DNA of 62,596 bases, filler included, from Chiloscyllium plagiosum (taxonomy: Eukaryota): assembly GCF_004010195.1 (NCBI RefSeq). It is 4 parts of one record of this genome, joined end to end, with 100 filler letters (N's around TTAATTAATTAA, not from the genome) between each part and the next. Parts side by side here need not be neighbours in the genome. Positions count along the whole stretch, not along the records: positions 1 to 28,498 come from NC_057712.1; 3 more parts are not named here. The stretch is one strand, 5' to 3'. How positions within the stretch are numbered: the first letter of the stretch is position 1; each line of letters starts with the position of its first letter. Under the pieces are notes generated by a model. That model did not search any database. It was not told where the DNA came from and saw only the letters and a program-made list of their open reading frames with translations. The translations under genes and the position numbers were made by a program. Shown here one piece after another: positions 13,473 through 25,789 of this stretch.

Positions 13473-14406
13473 AAATGGCCTTTGCAGTGAGATGTACTTC
13501 TTATCAGATGTGGGAGTTTAATGCGAGTTTAAGGGTTAGTGCGGATTATATCTGCCATAAATTCTGTTGGATGCGAATCTTATCAGATCGAATGGATCGG
13601 GTAGACAGACAGTTAGAAGCAATGAAGAATTTGCAACAGCAACAGTATGTGATGGATAGCAGGTATAGGAAGGGGGGAAAGTCTCAGATACAGTCACATA
13701 GATGGGTTAACTCCAGGAAGGGTAAGAGAGGTAGACACCTAGGGCAGGAGTTTTTTGTGGATATACCATTTCAAACAGGTATGCTGTTATGGAAAATGTA
13801 GGGGGTGATGGATTCTCAGGGGAACGTAGCATGAACAGCCAAGTTTCTGGTATTGAGACTGGCTCTAATGCAACAAGGTGGACGTCCGCTTCCAAGAGAT
13901 CAATTGTGTTAGGGGATTCTGTAGTCCGAGGAACAGACAGACGTTTCTGTGGCCAGCACAGAAAAAGCAGAATGGTGTGTTGTTTCCCTGGTGCCAGGAT
14001 CAAGGATGTCTCAGAGAGGGTGCAGAATGTTCTCATGGGGGAGAGGGGCCAGCAAGAGTTCATTGTCCACATTGGAGCCAACGATATAGGAAGGGAAAAG
14101 GTTGAGACACTGAAGGGAGATTACAGAGAGTTAGGTAGAAATTTTAAAAGGAGGTCCTCAAGGGTAGTAATACCTGGATTACTCCCAGTGCTAAGAGCTA
14201 GTGAGGGCGGGAATAGGAGGATAGAGCAGATGAATGCATGGCTGAGGAGCTGGTGTATGGGAGAAGGATTCACATTTTTGGATCATTGGAGTCGCTTTTG
14301 GTGTAGAAGTGACCTGTACAAGAAGGACGGATTGCACCTAAATTGGAAGGGGACTAATATACTGGCAGGGAAATTTGCTCGAACTGCGCGGGAGGATTTG
14401 AACTAG
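13473..14406 (+). pseudogene. CR1 ORF1 (zinc finger/coiled coil + SGNH esterase), frameshifted
   Basis: AVRCTSYQMWE..YICHKFC, then IVLGDSVVR, CFPGARIKDV, VHIGAND, DGLHLN; frameshift near 13770. Confidence 0.9.
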
Positions 14407-15264
14407 TAAGGTGGGGTGGGTGGGTGGGACCCAGGGAGATAGTGAGAAAAGAGATCAATCTGAGGCGTGTACAGTTGAGAACAGAAATGAGTCAAACAGT
14501 CAGGTCAAGCAGGGACACGGTAGGACTAATAAATTAAACTGCATTTATTTCAATGCAAGGTGCCTCACAGGGAAGGCAGATGAACTTAGGGCATGGTTAG
14601 GAACATGGGACTGAGATCTCATAGCAATTACAGAAAAATGGCTCAGGGATGGGCAGGACTGGCAGCTTAATGTTCCAGGATACAAATGCTACAGGAAGGA
14701 TAGAAAGGGAGGCAAGAGAGGAGGGAATGTGACATTTTTGATAAGCGATAGCATTATAGCTGTGCTGAGGGAGGATATTCCAGGAAATACATCCAGGGAA
14801 GTTATTTAGGTGGAACTGAGAAATAGGAATGGGATGATAACCTTATTGGGATTGTATCATAGACCCCCCTAATAGTCAGAGGGAAATTGAGAAATAAACT
14901 TGTAAGGAGATCTCAGCTATCTGTAAGAACAATTGGGTAGTTATGGTAGGGGATTTTAACTTTCCAAACATAGACTGGGACTGCCATAGTGTTAAAGGTT
15001 TAGATGGAGAGGAATTTGTTAAGTTTGTACAAGACAATTTTCTGATTCAGTATGTGGATGTACCTACAGAGAAGTGCAAAACTTGACCTACTCTTGGGAA
15101 GTAAGGCAGGGCAGGTGACTGAGGTGTCAGTGGGAGAGCTCTTTGGGGCCAGCGACCATAATTCTATTCATTTTAAAATCGTGATGGAAAAGGATAGACC
15201 AGATCTAAAACTTGTTCTAAATTGGAGAAAGGCCAATTTTGACAGTATTAGGCAAGGACTTGAT

Positions 15265-15563
15265 GGGCGGCACGGTGGCACAGTGGTTAGCACTGCTGCC
15301 TCACAGCACCAGAGACCCGGGTTCAATTCCTGCCTCAGGCGACTGACTGTGTGGAGTTTGCACATTCTTCCCATGTCTGCGTGGGTTTCCTCCGGGTGCT
15401 CCGGTTTCCTCCCACAGTCCAAAAATGTGCAGGTTAGGTGAAATGGTTATGCTAAATTGCCCGTAGTGTTAGGTGAATGGGTAAATGTAGGGGAATGGGT
15501 CTGGGTGGATTGTGCTTCGGCGGGTCGGTTTGGACTTGTTTCCACACTGTAAGTAATCTAATC
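15265..15563 (+). mobile_element. HE1-type V-SINE within inner CR1
   Basis: Same head, V-domain and tail as 3854-4169; followed by a ~36-bp tandem duplication at ~15557-15628. Confidence 0.9.
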
Positions 15564-15814
15564 ATTACTGAACTTTCGAAAGTTGATTGGAGTCTAATCA
15601 TTACTGAACTTTCGAAAGTTGATTGGAGGCAGATGTTCGCAGATAAAGGGACGGGTGGAAAATGGGAAACCTTCAGAAATGAGATAACAAGAATCCAGAG
15701 AAAGTATATTCCTGTCAAGGTAAAAGGGAAGGCTGTTAGGTATAGGGAATGCTAGATGACTAAAGAAATTGAGGATTTGGTTAAGAAGAAGAAGGAAGCA
15801 TATGTCAGGTATAG

Positions 15815-16033
15815 GAGAAAGTGAGGTCTGCAGATGCTGGAGATCAAAGTTGAAACTTTATTGCTGGAACAGCACAGCAGGTCAGGCAGCATCCAGGGAA
15901 CAGGAGATTCGATGTTTCGTGCACATGCCCTTCTTCAGGATTCCTGAAGAAGGGCCTGTGCCCGAAACGTCGAATCTCCTGTTCCCTGGATGCTGCCTGA
16001 CCTGCTGTGCTGTTCCAGCAATAAAGTTTCAAC
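15815..16033. mobile_element. Palindromic PLE-A mini-insertion (two inverted tails), 14-bp TSD
   Basis: 93-bp arms 15848-15940 and 15942-16034; tatgtcaggtatag at 15801-15814 and 16034-16047. Confidence 0.92.
15939..15976 (+). ncRNA. Minimal type I hammerhead ribozyme (PLE-A)
   Basis: gattc-CTGAAGA-a-gggc ctgt gccc-GAAA-cgtc-gaatc: core, 4-bp stem II, palindromic ACGU stem III, GUC cleavage triplet, stem I gattc/gaatc. Confidence 0.8.
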
Positions 16034-17620
16034 TATGTCAGGTATAGACAGGATAGATCGAATGAATCCTTAGAAGAGTATAAAGGAAGTAGGAGTATAC
16101 TTAAGAGGGAAATCAGGAGGTCAAAAATGGGGCATGAGATAGCTTTGGCAAACAGAATTAAGGAGAATCCAAAGGGTTTTTAACAAATATATTAAGGACA
16201 AAATGGTAATTAGGGAGAGAATAGGGCCCCTTAAAAATCAGCAAGGCGGCCTTTGTGTGGATCCACAGAAAATGGGGGACATACTAAATGAATATCTTGC
16301 ATCAGTATTTACTGTGGAAAAGGATATGGAAGTGACTGTAGGGAAATTGATGGTGACATCTTGAAAATGTCCAAATTACAGAGGAGGAAGTGCTGGATGT
16401 CTTGAAATGCATAANNNNNNNNNNNNNNNNNNNNNNNNNNNNNNNNNNNNNNNNNNNNNNNNNNNNNNNNNNNNNNNNNNNNNNNNNNNNNNNNNNNNNN
16501 NNNNNNNNNNNNNNNNNNNNNNNNNNNNNNNNNNNNNNNNNNNNNNNNNNNNNNNNNNNNNNNNNNNNNNNNNNNNNNNNNNNNNNNNNNNNNNNNNNNN
16601 NNTATTGGTCAGAGTATTGAGTACAGGAGTTGGGAGGTCATGTTGCGACTGTACAGGACATTGGTTAGGCTACTGTTGGAATATTGCGTGCAATTCTGGT
16701 CTCCTTCCTATGGGAAAGATGTTGTGAAACTTGAAAGGGTTCAGAAAAGATTTACAAGGATGTTGCCAGAGTTGGAGGATTTGAGCAATAGGGAGAGGCT
16801 GAACAGGCTGGGGCTGTTTTCCCTGGAGTGTTGGAGGCTGAGGGGTGACCTTTTCGAGGTTTACAAAATTATGAGGGGCATCGATCGGATAAATAGACAA
16901 AGTCTTTTCCCTGGGGTGGGGGAGTTCCAGAACTAGAGGGCATAGATTTAGAGTGAGAGGGGAAAGTTATAAAAGAGACCTAAGGGGCAACGTTTTTACG
17001 CAGAGGGTGGTACGTGTATGTAATGAGCTGCTAGAGGAGGTGGTGGAGGCTGGTACAATTGTAACATTTAAGAGGCATTTGGATGGGTATATGAACAGGA
17101 AGGGTTTGGAGGGATATGGGCCGGGTGCTGGCAGGTGGGACTCGATTGGGTTGGGATATCTGGTCGGCATGGACGGGTTGGACTGAAGGGTCTGTTTCCA
17201 TGATGTATATCTCTATGACTCTATGTTGTAGGTTACAGAGGGACATAAATAAGATTCAGAGCTGGGCTGAGAAGTCGCAAATGCAGTTTAATGTGGAAAA
17301 GTGTGAGGTAGTTCACTTCAGAAGAAGTAACAGGAATGCAAAGTACTGTGCTAATGGTAAAATTCTTGGCAGTGTAGATGAACAGAGATCTCGGCGTCCT
17401 GGTGCATAAATCCCTGAAAGTTGCCACCCGGGTTGATAGGGTTAAGAAGGCATAGGTCTGTTGGCATTTAGTGGTAGGGGGATTGAGTTTCGGAGCCAAG
17501 AGGTCTTGCTTTAGCTGTACCAGACACTGATAAGACCACACCTGGAGTATTGCATGCAATTCCGGCAACTGCATCATAGGAAGGATGTGGAAGCTTTGGA
17601 AAGGGTTCAGTGGAGATTTA

Positions 17621-17717
17621 AAATCAACAAGGTAAAAGCAATGACTGCAGATGCTGGAAACCAGCACCTCGGATGCTGCCTGTACTGCTGTGCTCTTCCA
17701 GCACCATTGATCCAGAA
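17621..17717. mobile_element. Tiny inverted PLE-A tail insertion with 15-bp TSD
   Basis: ttcagtggagattta at 17606-17620 and 17718-17732 flanks two oppositely oriented tail pieces. Confidence 0.8.
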
Positions 17718-18422
17718 TTCAGTGGAGATTTACTAGGATGGAAGGAAGGTCTTACGAGGAAAGGCTAAGGGAACTGAGGATGTTTTCATTGGAAAGAAGA
17801 AGATTGAGAAGTGACTTAATCGAGACGTGTAAGATAATCAGACGGTTAGATAGGGTGGACAGTGAGAGCCTTTTTCCTTAGATGGTGAAAGCTAACACAA
17901 GGGGACATAGCTTTAAATTGAGGGGTGATAGATTTAGGACAGATATTAGGGGTAGTTTTTTCACCCGGAGAATAGTAGGGGCATGGAATGGCCTGCCTGC
18001 AACAATAGTAGACTTGCCGACGTTAAGGGCATTTAAATTGGCATTGAACATAATATGGATAATAATGGAATGGTGTAGGTTAGATGGGCATCAGTTATTT
18101 TCACAGGTTGGCGCAACATCAAGGGCCTGTACTGCAATGTAATGTTCTAAATTCTATGTTCTATGTTTAGAACTGAAATCCAATGTTAACTTTTCAGAAA
18201 TAATGAGACAACAGGATTAGGTAAATCCTGACTTCGTGCAATAAAATAAAATAGGGGATAATGTATTGATAGCTCATTTTACATCTTTCCTGAATTTCAT
18301 GATCAGAAATGGAACTGCCGTCATCACATAAAGTCAAGGATTATCTGATGCGAGCATGATTTTATAGATTTGTCTTGTTGCTTAAAAGAAAGTAAGTTCC
18401 TTTTCATTAAACTAGTTCCTAC

Positions 18423-18476
18423 CGGAACACCAGGGATCCCTTGCTCGCCCTTGTATCCATGAAGCCCACGCAATCC
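18423..18476 (-). CDS. COL21A1: Collagen triple-helix exon (54 bp, phase 0), GLRGLHGYKGEQGIPGVP; COL21A1-like
   Basis: cctttggtag|GGATTG...GTTCCG|gtagga, six Gly-X-Y triplets; separated from the upstream exon by a 93-bp GT-AG intron (18477-18569). Confidence 0.85.
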
Positions 18477-18569
18477 CTACCAAAGGTAATTATTAAAATT
18501 AGTGAAGAAAACTAAGTTGCAAAGTTAACATCAACTATGCTACATGATTTACTAAAGGATAATTATTAC

Positions 18570-18623
18570 CTGGATACCTTGAGGTCCTAGTATGCCTGGG
18601 CTTCCAGGCAATCCTGGAATTCC
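18570..18623 (-). CDS. COL21A1: Collagen triple-helix exon (54 bp, phase 0), GIPGLPGSPGILGPQGIQ; COL21A1-like
   Basis: Minus strand tattatttcacag|GGAATT...ATCCAG|gtaata: six perfect Gly-X-Y triplets and canonical AG/GT. With the next exon it reads ...GIQ-GLRGLHGYKGE, resembling the recalled human COL21A1 ...GIQGARGLPGYKGE. Collagen call is firm; the symbol is from memory. Confidence 0.85.
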
Positions 18624-20074
18624 CTGTGAAATAATATTAATACTTTTAATTTAGAAAGCAAAATTCAGCAAAATCTATGAACTGATATTTCATTCAAATA
18701 CAATAACACATAATGTATTTTAGAGGTGACAGATTCAATGTACAAAATGAGGGAAGATACTAATGCTTTACACATTGGTGAGACTAAAATCTTGCGTGTG
18801 AGCTTGGCTCAGTGAGTATCACGGTTGCTTCTGATTTATAAGTTCAGAAACTTGATTGTACACAAAATTGATAATGCAAGTGGCAGGGTGCATGCTTTGC
18901 AAATAATTTTGTTTGGTATTAGTTTTCAGAGAAGATAATTCTGATAATTTTATCAGACATTAGAATGTTTCAAATAAATGTGTAGTCCTGTAGAATTAAT
19001 AGCTGTAAAATTTAAATACCCGGACTTTTGTTTCTGGAATTAAATGATAATTTACCTCCACTTAATAACACATTTAATGCACTATGAGTTTATTATATTT
19101 GAGAGTAAAAATACAGCAAAATATTTATAAGCTTATGAACATTTATATTCCATGAGTTCCCATTAATTTTGATTAGTTCATCTGTGGTGACAAGTGAAAG
19201 TATGTGGAGTAGAACTGTAAAAAGTCCTTGGGGATTTTGTCCTGCCCAAGTATTCAGTGGAGTAAAAGATTTGTGATCTACTGTCAGAGGAATAGTACTT
19301 GAAAAAGAAACATTCACAATTATTCAATTTGGGGTCCAGCAAGTTAAGTGCAGTTAGATGCTATTTTCACATTGTAGCAAAGACAGAAATCTGACTAAAG
19401 AGATTATAAAGTGAAGTTCCAGAAAAGATGAGCATGAATTTGGGAGGTGACAAGTTCAGGTACTTTGGAGATTAAAGGAAAATTATAGATGAACAAATAG
19501 TTTGTGAGGATGGTGTGGGTCAAGGAATGCTTTTTTCATGGAGATTAAAGGGAGAAAGGAATAATACTTGAAAAAAGGAACAGTCACAATTAGTCAATAT
19601 AGGGACCAGCAAAGAAAGTTCTTTGGGAGTTATATTTAGGAATAGAGTTGAGAGAACAGGGGATGGTCTAATGGATATGATAAACTTGGAGTAGGGAAAG
19701 ATGTGTTTTCAGCATGAGGGCATAGGGGAGTTTTCGAGGACGTTTGACTTTGTAGATGAGTAGAAAAAAGGGATGCGGAAAAGACAACTGATTGGAAAGT
19801 CTCTAACTTAGTGACAAAGAAGTTCATATGCTTCTCAAATTAATTACTGTAGGTGGAAATGGAAGATGCAGAAGAGAAGGGTTTAAGAAGAGTTTCTCTT
19901 GTATTGAAAAGAAAGTAAAGGTTGTTTTTGCACTCCAGGATGACCCTGGTATGGTGTGGTGTTTTGGCAGGCCTGAACAGAATCCAATAATGTTTTTCAT
20001 GGACCAGTTACATCTGACAGTAAATGGCTAGAAACATGGGAACAGGACTAAACTAAATGGGGTTTCAAGCCTGT

Positions 20075-22170
20075 CATGCAATGCAATGAGATGCTGGCTA
20101 ATCTGTGAACTAATTCTTCATACTCGCTGTGCCCCAAAGACCTTAATAGCTTTAAGTAGCAATGATCCATCAATCTCAGTGTTAGAGTTAATAACACATC
20201 TAGCAATGAAGTTCTGAACTGCTTCCAGCTTTTGCACGAAGAAATATTTCCTAATTTTATTAGAGTCATAGAGATGTACAGCACGGAAACAGACCCTTCG
20301 GTTCAACTCGTCCATGCCGACCAGATGTCCCAACCCAATCAAGTCCCACCTGCCAACACCCCGCCCATATCCCTCCAAACCCTTCCTATTCATATATACA
20401 TCCACATGCTTTTTAAATGTTGCAATTGTACTAGCCTCCACCACTTACTCTGGCAGCTCATTCCACACATGTCCCACCCTCTGTGTGAAAACGTTGCCCC
20501 TTATGTATTTTTTATAACTTTCCCCTCTCACCCTAAACCTATGCCCTCTAGTTCTGGACTCCCCAACCCCAGGGAAAAGACTTTGTCTATTTATCCGATC
20601 CATGCCCCTCATAATTTTGTAAACCTCTATAAGATCACCCCTCAGCCTCCGGCGCACCAGGGGAAAAAGCTCCAACCAGTTCAGCCTCTCCCTATCGCTC
20701 AAATCCTCCAACCCTGGCAACATCCTTGTAAATCTTTTCTGAACCCTTTCAAGTTTCACAACATCTTTCCCATAGGAAGGAGACCAGAATTGCACGCAAT
20801 ATTCCAACAGTGGCCTAACCAATGTCCTGTCCAGGCGCAACATGATCTCCCAACTCCTGTACTCAATACTCTGACCAATAAAAGAAAGCATACCAAACGC
20901 CTTCTTCACTATCCTATCTACCTGTGACTCCACTTTCAAGGAGTTTTGAACCTGCACTCCAAGGTCTCTTAGTTCAGCAAGAGACTCCCTAGGGCCTTAC
21001 CATTAAGTGTATAAGTCCTGCTAAGATTTGCTTTCCCAAAATGCAGCATCTTGCATTTATCTGAATTAAACTCCATCTGTCACTTCTCAGCCCATTGGCC
21101 AATCTGATTAACCTTCTTTGCTGCCAATACACCTCCAATTTTGGTGTCATCCGCAAACTTACTAACTATACCTCTTATGCTCACATCCAAATCATTTATG
21201 TAAACGATGCAAAGTAGTGGACCCAGCACCGATCCTTGTGATACTCCACTGGTCACAGGCCTTCAGTCTGAAAAACAACCCTCCACCGCCACTCTCTGTC
21301 TTCTACTTTTGAGCCAGTTCTGTATCCAAATGGCTAGTTCTCCCTTTATTCCATGAGATCGAACCTTGCTAACCAGCCTCCCATGGGGAACCTTGTCGAA
21401 TGCCTTACTGAAGTCCATATAGAACACGTCCATCGTTCTGCCCTCATCAATCCTCTTTGTTATTCCTGAGAAAAATGGCTCTACATTTTAGATGCTGTCC
21501 TCTAGTACTGGAGTTCCTAACTTGCAGAAATAGTTTACCCCAATCTACCCAATATCTTGAATACACGACCAAATTACTCACTAACCCTCTACATTCTAAT
21601 CCTAGTTAGCTCAATTTCTCACTGAAGCTAGGAGGCCAGTACCGCATGGACTGTCCCTCAAAGGTCATGACATACTTTCCAGAACTATTCAATTTTAACT
21701 AAGGCTTTGTACAGTTGCAATATGGCTGCCAATCCCCTATAATCTTTTAGATATAAAGACCAGCAAGCCTCAGCATTTTTGATCATTTTCTGTATTTGTT
21801 CATGATATTTTATTGACCTGTGCACCTGTACCCCAACTTTCTTTAGACCTGCACTGCTTCTAGCTTATTAGCATTTAAAACATACCCTGTTCTTTATTCA
21901 TCTAACGGATGGCCTCACATTCACTGACAAAAATTCCACTTGACATAGTTCGTCCGTTTAGTTAAACTATTGTTCTCTCTTTATGTTACACTACTAGATA
22001 CACTACTTACACTTCTGCCTATCTTTGTGTCAGCATCAGTAAATGTAACATCTAATTGAAGCCCCAACATAGAATCATGATGGAACAACTTGGGGCAACC
22101 AGCTAATTAGAATACCTAAGTATTATCATGCTTCTGTTTCCACGAGTTCACTTCAGCTAACAGTCTGTTG
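20075..22170 (-). mobile_element. Old CR1 fragment with a younger HER1-like CR1 (20261-21465) inserted
   Basis: ORF 20445-20957 (LVRPLLEYCVQFWSP..VQKRFTRMLPG); degraded CR1 sequence on both sides. Confidence 0.85.
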
Positions 22171-22215
22171 TGAAATATTTTAATAAATGCCTTCTGTATG
22201 GTATGTTCAGATAAA

Positions 22216-23608
22216 GCACAGCAGGTCAGGCAGCATCCAGGGAACAGGAGATTCGACGTTTCGGGCACAGGCCCTTCTTCAGGAATGAGCAGAGAGTGTT
22301 CAGCAGGAGAAGATAAAAGGTAGGGAGGAGGGACTTGGAGGAGGGGCGTGGGAAATGTGATAGGTGGAAAGAGGTCAAGGTGAGGGTGATAGGTCGGAGT
22401 AGGAGGGAGGCGGAGAGGACAAGAAGAAGACTGCAGGACAGGAAGGCGGTGCCGGGCGGGAGGGACTCGGCTGAGACAAGGTGGGGGGAGGGGGGATGAA
22501 GAAACTGGTGAAGTCCAAGTTCATCCCCTGCGGTTGGAGGGATCCCAGTCGGAAGATACAGACCCTTTTACAGACAAGTCAAGCAACAGCCTGACATAGG
22601 CATATTCACTGAATTTTACCTTACAGATATAATCCAGACAGCACCATCATCATCCCTGGATATGTCCTGTCCCAAAGGCAGGTGNNNNNNNNNNNNNNNN
22701 NNNNNNNNNNNNNNNNNNNNNNNNNNNNNNNNNNNNNNNNNNNNNNNNNNNNNNNNNNNNNNNNNNNNNNNNNNNNNNNNNNNNNNNNNNNNNNNNNNNN
22801 NNNNNNNNNNNNNNNNNNNNNNNNNNNNNNNNNNNNNNNNNNNNNNNNNNNNNNNNNNNNNNNNNNNNNNNNNNNNNNNNNNNNNNNNNNNNNNNNNNNN
22901 NNNNNNNNNNNNNNNNNNNNNNNNNNNNNNNNNNNNNNNNNNNNNNNNNNNNNNNNNNNNNNNNNNNNNNNNNNNNNNNNNNNNNNNNNNNNNNNNNNNN
23001 NNNNNNNNNNNNNNNNNNNNNNNNNNNNNNNNNNNNNNNNNNNNNNNNNNNNNNNNNNNNNNNNNNNNNNNNNNNNNNNNNNNNNNNNNNNNNNNNNNNN
23101 NNNNNNNNNNNNNNNNNNNNNNNNNNNNNNNNNNNNNNNNNNNNNNNNNNNNNNNNNNNNNNNNNNNNNNNNNNNNNNNNNNNNNNNNNNNNNNNNNNNN
23201 NNNNNNNNNNNNNNNNNNNNNNNNNNNNNNNNNNNNNNNNNNNNNNNNNNNNNNNNNNNNNNNNNNNNNNNNNNNNNNNNNNNNNNNNNNNNNNNNNNNN
23301 NNNNNNNNNNNNNNNNNNNNNNNNNNNNNNNNNNNNNNNNNNNNNNNNNNNNNNNNNNNNNNNNNNNNNNNNNNNNNNNNNNNNNNNNNNNNNNNNNNNN
23401 NNNNNNNNNNNNNNNNNNNNNNNNNNNNNNNNNNNNNNNNNNNNNNNNNNNNNNNNNNNNNNNNNNNNNNNNNNNNNNNNNNNATGAAGGGCTTGTGCCC
23501 GAAACGTCGAATCTCCTGTTCCCTGGATGCTGCCTGACCTGCTGTGCTGTTCCAGCAATAAAGTTTCAACTTTGATCTCCAGCATCTGCAGACCTCACTT
23601 TCTCCTCC
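22216..23608. mobile_element. PLE-A insertion with inverted tails and 13-bp TSD (middle in gap)
   Basis: atgttcagataaa at 22203-22215 and 23609-23621; minus-strand tail at left, plus-strand tail at right. Confidence 0.85.
22251..22286 (-). ncRNA. Minimal hammerhead ribozyme (PLE-A), intact core
   Basis: Minus strand attc-CTGAAGA-a-gggc ctgt gccc-GAAA-cgtc-gaat. Confidence 0.8.
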
Positions 23609-23699
23609 ATGTTCAGATAAACAATATCCAAAGATATCCCCTGAACACTATATTCAGCTCTTCAAAAATCCAATCATATTCTATCTACTTCAGCTATTT

Positions 23700-23925
23700 T
23701 CACACACAGGGCAGTCCGTGAATGGAATGTGCTGCCAGAGGATGTGGTGGAGGCTGGTACAATTACAACATTTAAAAGGCATTTGAATGGGTACATGAAT
23801 ATGAAGAGTTTACAGGGATATGGGCCAGGTGCTGGCAAATGGGCCTAGGTTAGGTTAGGATGTCTGATCAGCATGGACGGGTCGGACCGAAGGGTCTGTT
23901 TCCATGCTGTACATCTCTATGACGC
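23700..23925 (+). mobile_element. CR1 3' fragment
   Basis: HER1-like 3' UTR and tail. Confidence 0.85.
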
Positions 23926-24292
23926 TACTGCTCTTGATGTTTTGAATTATTCAATCAAGTAACTCTTAAGGAAAAATTTTCCCATTTTCAGTTAGTGTTT
24001 TGTTGAGTGAGATTCACAGCAAACTGAGTCATGGCTCAAAGTGACCTTTCTCAGGCAATGTTCCACTCTTCATTTCATTAACAATATAACTGAGCTGTTA
24101 GGTGCATTTCTCACAGGTCTGAAATTCCAGAGATTAGGTGACCAGAGATGTAGAAATGCTTGCCACTGCCCACACCTTCTGGCACTCATGCTGATGCCCT
24201 AGTTAAAGCCCAGACACACACCATTTCAAATGTTGCAAGCCAGGAATTGTTTGTTTCACTGTGGTACTCACAGTCCATTATCACTGAGGACA

Positions 24293-24510
24293 TGGCACAG
24301 CAGAAAGCTCACTTTACAATTCACAGATAGGGACCTGGAGATCTTGATGGAAAATGTATTCGTGATGAGGATTGCCTTTTTTGCTGCAGACTGCTACACA
24401 GATCATGTCACCAGGCTAAACCAGTCTGGACCCAAATTGCAACCTAGGCCAGTGATGTGTACTGGTGGAGTGCGATATCCAGCAATGATTTTCTGCACTC
24501 CATCAGAATG
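24293..24510 (+). mobile_element. PIF/Harbinger Myb/SANT gene fossil
   Basis: RKLTLQFTDRDLEILMENV..RIAFF, then frameshifted KPVWTQIAT and NDFLHSIR, matching the Harbinger MSANTD pattern. Confidence 0.55.
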
Positions 24511-24794
24511 AATGCTGTCATCAACTTTCTGCTACCTCAGTGTGATCTGAGAAAGCAATGTGAAGCAGACACAGGTTGGCAGTCTCCAAGTAAATGCAAA
24601 GTGAGTTCATGATAAAAAAAAAACAGGCTAAAAGCCATATGTTGAATCTTGTGCAGATGAAGGAAATGCATGTATGTACATGCATCCAAAGCAATCTGGC
24701 AGAAGCATGCAAATCACAGACGTCCTTGAGATTCAAAGTAAATTGTTGAAAGGCTGAGTGTCTGAGTTTGTCTAAGAGCAGACATGGCTCACTT

Positions 24795-25065
24795 CTAGCT
24801 TTGGGCAACTGTGTGGAGTTTGCACATTCTGGCCATATTTGTGTGGGTTTCTGTCAGATGCTATGCTTCCTCCCATTAGTTCAAAGATGTGGAAGTTGGG
24901 CAAAATAGCCATACTAAATTGTCCTAGTGTCAAGGAATATGCAGGCTGGGGGATTAGCCATGGTAAATTCAGGGTTAGGGTAGGGGGGATGGGTTGCTCT
25001 TCGGAGGATTGATGCAGACTCTGTGGGCCAAAAGGCCTCTTTCTGCACTGTAGAGATTCTAGGAA
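24795..25065 (+). mobile_element. Degenerate HE1-type SINE
   Basis: V-domain tgtgtggagtttgcacattct and tail ctgcactgtagagattct. Confidence 0.75.
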
Positions 25066-25789
25066 TTCATTCTGATTTACATGGCAGGCATTTGCACTAT
25101 CATGCTTCTCAGGAAGAATGAAGTGAATCAGATATGGTTTATAAATAAGATGTATCGGGGTATTAATGAGATGCAAATACATGGAAATAAGGTCATCATC
25201 GCTCAATGGCAAGATTCAGGCATTGTCAGTTAAGACTTGAGGGGACTATTGGATCAAGTTTACAACATAAATTCTCATTTTCTCTATATTTTGCCACCTT
25301 TCTCGTCACTCTCATACCACAGCAGGGAGGGGAAAAGTTCTACTTTTAACCCTCTAAATTCTATGTTTAATACAAAGGAGTGAGCTGCAGTGATCCTGAA
25401 ATGAGAACAGGAAATGCTGAAAAAAAACTGAAGAGGTTTTACAACACCAGTAGGAAGCAAAGTAGAAGTTCAAACAGGTATGAATGGAAGTGGCAGAAGC
25501 ATGATAAACCTAAAACTAATGTTGTAAGATGTTCAATGACTTGATACCATTTTCAGCAAAGCAAATGCTACCTCTGACCTTCAGGCCAGCTGTCAGAATA
25601 TTCATCCTCCAGAAGATGCACGAGCTGAGAAGCCTGAGGGCATATGCTTCTCCTGAACATGAGACGAATGTTTGTTCTGGCCACTTACTGACTCATCAGT
25701 ATGTCTTGTGCCACAGTGCTCCTAAGGACATATATCACTGAAACACACCTTCCAAGAAATTGAAGCAGCTTTGGCCATTAGCAGTTACT

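Larger units (their letters stand above)
13141..17223 (+). mobile_element. Near full-length CR1 (HER1-like) LINE inserted in the outer CR1
   Basis: 5' UTR, ORF1, ORF2 APE (CIYFNAR, GDFNFPNIDW), 3' RT end and ctctatgactctatg tail; RT core falls in the gap at 16415-16602. Confidence 0.9.
9405..18167 (+). mobile_element. Outer CR1 LINE (APE endonuclease + RT), split by PLE and CR1 insertions
   Basis: APE motifs DIVAISETWL, (G)DFNFPNIDW, SDHN; RT PGPDEIY..YRPVSLTSVVG; RT sequence resumes at ~17224 after the inner CR1; tail ttctatgttctatg. Confidence 0.9.

Noticed and set aside
19020..19033. Possible 14-nt micro-exon ttccag|AAACAAAAGTCCGG|gtattt upstream of the collagen exons, and a similar 21-nt one at ~9180-9200
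   Set aside because: Not Gly-X-Y and no support beyond AG/GT; the shared AAACAAAAGTC is probably chance.
20232..20927. 231-aa plus-strand ORF and similar MPTRYPNPI/MDCGRKPEHP ORFs
   Set aside because: Antisense or shadow frames of CR1 and HE1 repeats.
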